Origin: Methylomonas sp. | Lineage (GTDB): Bacteria > Pseudomonadota > Gammaproteobacteria > Methylococcales > Methylomonadaceae | Length of the DNA stretch: 64,000 nucleotides | Assembly: GCA_050015235.1 (NCBI GenBank) | Contig: JBEKBU010000001.1 | Location: forward strand, 1,064-65,063 | Direction: 5' to 3' | Part shown: in pieces, positions 63,500-64,000 of the stretch | How positions within the stretch are numbered: position 1 is the first letter of the stretch | Layout: each line of letters begins with the position of its first letter | The notes under the pieces: model-generated | What the model saw: only the letters and a program-made list of their open reading frames with translations | Databases searched by the model: none | What the model was told of the DNA's origin: nothing | Made by a program: the position numbers and the translations under genes

Positions 63500-64000
63500 A
63501 TGAAGATTATGCGACTTGAAATTCTCAAAAAAATGTTAAGCGGCCGGCTGGTAAAAAAACACTTTACCCGCCACTTTCGCAGGCTGGCGATTATGGAGCG
63601 CTTTCATGACGTGCCGGTTGGCGGCGGAGTGCCGCAAGGACTATCGCAATTGCTCACCGAGGCCGCGTTAATGCCTCCGGAAGCCGCGCTGAAGCAATTT
63701 TTCAGCCATCCCGACGGGCTGGATGAATTGGAAGTCAACGCCAGACGCGAACGGTTCGGATTCAATGAGGTGGATCATGAAAAGCCCCGTCCGTGGTGGG
63801 TACATCTTTGGTATTGCTACAGCAACCCATTCAGCCTGTTGCTGACTGTGCTGGCGGCGATTTCCTATTTTACCGAGGATATGAAAGCCGCCATCGTTAT
63901 ATCCATGATGATAGTATTGTCTACGGTGCTGCGCTTTGTTCAGGAAACAGGCTCCAACAAAGCCGCCGAGCAGCTTAAATCCATGGTCAGAAATACCGCA
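63500..64000 (+). CDS. mgtA: Magnesium-translocating P-type ATPase, N-terminal part
   Basis: Not in the ORF track (open at the edge): HFRRL, HPDGLDE..ARRERFGFNEV.HEKP.PWWVHLW.CY.NPF.LLL.VLA..S..TED, LRFVQE. Confidence 0.92.
   Translation, partial: MKIMRLEILKKMLSGRLVKKHFTRHFRRLAIMERFHDVPVGGGVPQGLSQLLTEAALMPPEAALKQFFSHPDGLDELEVNARRERFGFNEVDHEKPRPWWVHLWYCYSNPFSLLLTVLAAISYFTEDMKAAIVISMMIVLSTVLRFVQETGSNKAAEQLKSMVRNTA

Overview
Chromosomal window most likely from a gammaproteobacterial methanotroph (Methylococcaceae/Methylomonas-like). This is inferred from a fae paralogue, a PQQ-ADH-system binding protein, VPxP-CTERM proteins and the repeat types present. Main blocks: (i) an MscS/OmpA envelope end followed by an accessory patch with TA modules, TA remnants and an unexplained phased motif array; (ii) a signalling cluster (PAS hybrid kinase, globin-coupled diguanylate cyclase, CheX-like and REC proteins); (iii) a brnTA pair ending in a shortened attC-like site; (iv) OFA transporter, tgt, a UDG-family glycosylase, and an intact MT-A70 methylase next to a decayed BglII/BstYI-type nuclease; (v) three glycosyltransferases and a complete STAS-containing chemosensory operon with Aer- and Aer2-like receptors; (vi) the most intriguing locus, two convergent operons encoding an MglA-like small GTPase, three roadblock-like proteins, a stand-alone PAS protein, a signal-peptide-less phosphonate-binding-fold protein, two pseudo-receiver proteins, a TPR protein and a dynamin-like GTPase; (vii) an internally deleted IS, an AT-rich RlmN paralogue, a His-rich secreted protein, cusCBA, a fae paralogue, a porin, and the start of mgtA. 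No rRNA, tRNA or CRISPR array was seen. All family assignments come from motif recognition by eye; no database searches were run.
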